Shown one piece after another: positions 59,997-64,000 of a stretch of 64,000 nucleotides of DNA. A program made the translations under genes and the position numbers. The notes below the pieces were generated by a model. The model was given only the letters and a program-made list of their open reading frames with translations. It was not told the origin of the DNA and made no database searches. The first letter of the stretch is position 1; each line of letters begins with the position of its first letter. Source of the DNA: the human T2T-CHM13v2.0 reference genome, Homo sapiens; the NCBI RefSeq assembly GCF_009914755.1, contig NC_060932.1, one strand, 5' to 3'.

Positions 59997-60920
59997 TAAG
60001 CATTTAGTAAACTACATTTTATTACTCTCCACCCCAGAGCCCAGTGGGTCTCATACCAAGTGGATGATCTCGCCCCACTGAAACTCACAGTGCTATTGAA
60101 ATAAACAGACATTTCTCATCTTCTCAAGATGCAATTGAAGCACCAATTATTTTCAGATTATACAAATGCCCAATATCATGAATGCTTGAAAAAAAGGTGA
60201 GAAAAGAATCTTTCCAGCTGGTGGATTACAAAATATCATTAAAAAGACAAGATATTTGATGATTTTTTAGAACTAGAGTCAAGTACTTCATTTATGAGCT
60301 ATTGTCTAATAGGGGTAATCTTGCTAACCATATTTCAAAACAAGTTAAGTCAATAGCATGTTAAGCTTTAAGAACTTGGAATATTCTGAAATATGATTAA
60401 CAAGTTCAGCACTGGTACATACATTTAAAGAATGCAGCAGCTGATGAAACCAAAAAATGTAATTTGAGAGTAAACTTTTAAATATTCTAAAACATACAGA
60501 ACTATTTTTGTTTGTTCTAAAGGTCTTTTTCTATCTTAATATAAATAATTCAGATGAGTTTACATAAAATATCCTCATAAGAATTCTATTTGTTTAGTAT
60601 TCTAAACATGGCTGTTTAGAAGCTAATAAAATGATATCACACTATAACATATTATGATTCCACTCATATTGCTAAAAATGGTTAAGTTGCACAATGCTAC
60701 TTATATGAAAGTCAATATTTTTTAATCTGTGTAGCAATATACCCTCTAGAGTTATAAATTCAATGAGCACAGAAACCATGCCTATTTTCGTTTCCTTAAT
60801 TAGGAAGGTCATTACCGTTTTTAAAAATAAAAAGATAATTTTGGAGAATATTTATCAGATTTCTAAGTGAGGAAGCTCACTCTTCTCACTCTTTTTTATT
60901 TTTTTTACTTACCTGACTAA

Positions 60921-61267
<347 letters not shown>

Positions 61268-61289
61268 TAAGCACAGAAGTGGTGGGAGA

Positions 61290-61657
<368 letters not shown>

Positions 61658-61699
61658 CTACGGATCATGTAAGTGATTAAAATATAAACTAAAAGCACC

Positions 61700-62230
61700 A
61701 GATGCCATAAAGAGGTAATGATAGTATTCAGTGCTGCTGAAAAGGTGGTGTAAATGGTATTCCTATATACTGCCAGGGGGACTCTGAATTAGTCTATATT
61801 CAATAATGTTTATTAAAATCTCAAAAGTACTCATATCATCTCATTAAATCTATTTGAAGGGGCCAGCAAATAACCAGAAATGTTCACACAGATGTTAATT
61901 CTGTTTTCTTAATAATGAAAATTTGGAAACTAATTGCATGCCCAGTAGTAAGATTTGAGTGAACTAGAGCATGTGTACCTATACATAGCATTAAACCATA
62001 TTTTTAAAACTCTGTAGATGGAAAATACCCATGATAAATGAGGAAATGCAGGAGATAAAATAGGAGATGTCACATATCACAGTTTCAGAAGAAAAAATAC
62101 ATACTATATATGCATGGGGAAAAAACTAAAAAATCATTTTTATCTCATACTTTGTAGTATTAAGGGTGTTGCTTTTTCCTCTTTATTCTTTTCTGTATTT
62201 TTCAAGTTTTCTATAATGAGAGTTTGTTAC
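61700..62230 (+). mobile_element. Ancient L1M 3' fragment
   Basis: AATGAAAATTTGGAAACTAA...TTTTCTGTATTTTTCAAGTTTTCTATAATGAG...TTACTTTT. Confidence 0.5.
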
Positions 62231-63826
62231 TTTTCATGATGACTATAAGTTAAAATAGAAAAATTAAACCAGTTTGGTCAATAAAAGGTTTGTGCCACTA
62301 TCAACACAATTTAATTTGTATTTACACATGCTGTGCTAGGCTTTGAACAAAGGAACACAGAGATATTTACCAGATAAAAAAGTCTGTATTTTAACAGAAC
62401 AAACATGATTCTTTTGGTAGCTCTTTCCTTCAGCAAGTATTATGCCCTACTGTGTGGTGAACACTATGTCTAGTCAGATACAGGTGGCTCTTTTGAGAAG
62501 TTCACAGTCTAGTGAGATAAACAGACTTCATCACATTATCACTGTACAAAGTGAAAAGTGTTACATAATGGAAGCATTAATATATTCAGAATCCTGTGGG
62601 AGCACAGAAAATTGGACATTTGTATTTAGATTCAAAGGCAGTACAGTTTGTCAGATTAAACAGAGAAGAATCTCTTATATCAGTGAATATGTTTAGTTAC
62701 AAGTAACAAAAACTTTACCCTGCCTGATAATTCTCCAGCAAAATAATTTATTGAAAGGTAACTGCATATGGCTTGGAAGACTGGACAATTGTACTCGAGG
62801 GCTGGCCAGGCTGAATCACCATCAAAATCAAGTAGTTCAGTGAGGGTGCTGTTTCAGCTCGGCCCTTGACCCCACAGCTTACTTTGTTCACACCCAGCTA
62901 CCCAGAGCTGCCACCTCTTCTCCTCCTCATGGAGCTGGCTATCCCTGCTTCCCCAGTCTCTCGTTCCTGCTGGAGGTCTGGGGTAGCTACATCGGCTTAT
63001 AACTGAGCTTTTAGGCCACGGGCAGGTGGCTAAATGTAAGGGAGAAGAGCAAAGTGAATTTGTGGCATTTTTAATCTTCTATAATGGGAGGGATTACAAG
63101 CCTTGTAAAATGGGGAATTCCTGGAATATAGAAAGGTGGTTTAGATGCCAGACTCCTTTAAAAAAAAAAAAAAAAGTGTAGCTGTACAAGCCATGTAAGA
63201 GAGTCTGATAGAGCTTTGATATTGTCACAATGTTTTAATTATTAGAACAACATTCATTATGCCAGACTTGTGCTATTAAGTCATACATGCAGAGGGAGCA
63301 CATTCCCTAAGGTGAGTGTCAGGCATTAATCATCAGGGTGTGATTTCTGGACTTCTATCAGGGGCCACAGGTGTTTTGTGCCTCCTGAAGAAAAAGCAAT
63401 GGAACAGTTTTATTCCTGAACATCATGTATTTTTGAAAAGTAAGATTAATGCTAAATTGTGTTTGATTCTCAGAATCATGTTACCATATTAAAGGTTACA
63501 AGTCCATTAAAAGAACTCAACTGGCCAGTACAGTTGATAAGGTAAATTCGTTTTATTTTTGTGTCATTGCATTTATTGAGGACAAGTATTAAATTTGCAA
63601 CTGGGGGGCAATTAACTGTCACGTTATGCTCTCCACCCAATCTTACGAAAACAAGTAATTGGATCAAAAGTGTTTCTTAAAACTACAAAAGCAGTCATGA
63701 AAATAACACACATGTAAAACAAGAGTGAAAAGGGTTCCACGTTAAAAACTAGATGTAAACATGCACACTGAGAAAAACCTGATAGTGATCAAAGAAAAGG
63801 ATGGATAGGAAATGTGATATTCAGTA

Positions 63827-63978
63827 CACTAAATCCTCACTTAACATCAATAGGTTCTTGGAAACTGACTTCAAGCAAAACGACATAAAACAAGCAAAGG
63901 ACATTATTCGAGGACCTGCTGTCACTTAAAGTCTCAGTTTCCAAGAACGTATGGATGATGTTAAGTGAGGGCTTACTG
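63827..63978. mobile_element. MER6-like (TcMar-Tigger) short element with long TIRs
   Basis: TCCTCACTTAACATC-AATAGGTTCTTGGAAACTGA ... TCAGTTTCCAAGAACGTATGGATGATGTTAAGTGAGG are inverted termini; TA flanks. Confidence 0.75.
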
Positions 63979-64000
63979 TATCTAAAAATGTATCAGTGGA

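Noticed and set aside
60907-60915. Perfect CAG/GTAAGT donor on the ATP6V1H strand
   Set aside because: No convincing nearby acceptor or ATP6V1H-like reading frame; a 9-mer is expected by chance
63827-63978. Long hairpin as a possible miRNA/ncRNA gene
   Set aside because: Explained by the terminal inverted repeats of a MER6-like transposon

Overview
Primate (hominoid-like) genomic DNA, not prokaryotic: rich in Alu, L1, MaLR and DNA-transposon relics. The only intact host coding sequence is the 3' end of ATP6V1H (V-ATPase V1 subunit H) on the minus strand. It comprises a 114-bp penultimate exon (56993-57106) and a terminal exon (CDS 29380-29440 plus 3'UTR), separated by a 27.5-kb intron. That intron holds an antisense HERV-E/LTR2-type provirus whose Trp codons are repeatedly converted to stops, as expected from APOBEC3 editing. 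About 1 kb beyond the ATP6V1H poly(A) signals lies a convergent, full-length NREP (P311) processed retrocopy (25865-27889). Its CDS is frameshifted, but it keeps a dense CpG 5' leader and an apparently intact miR-29b target-directed-degradation (TDMD) site. This is the most interesting candidate system in the window. Further left, a full-length older L1PA element has been invaded by a younger L1PA2/3-like 3' end carrying a 51-bp 3' transduction. The young copy appears to have joined its host by homology, leaving a duplicated 3' end and no TSD. Repeat subfamily names and parent-gene comparisons come from recalled consensus sequences and need Dfam/BLAST confirmation.
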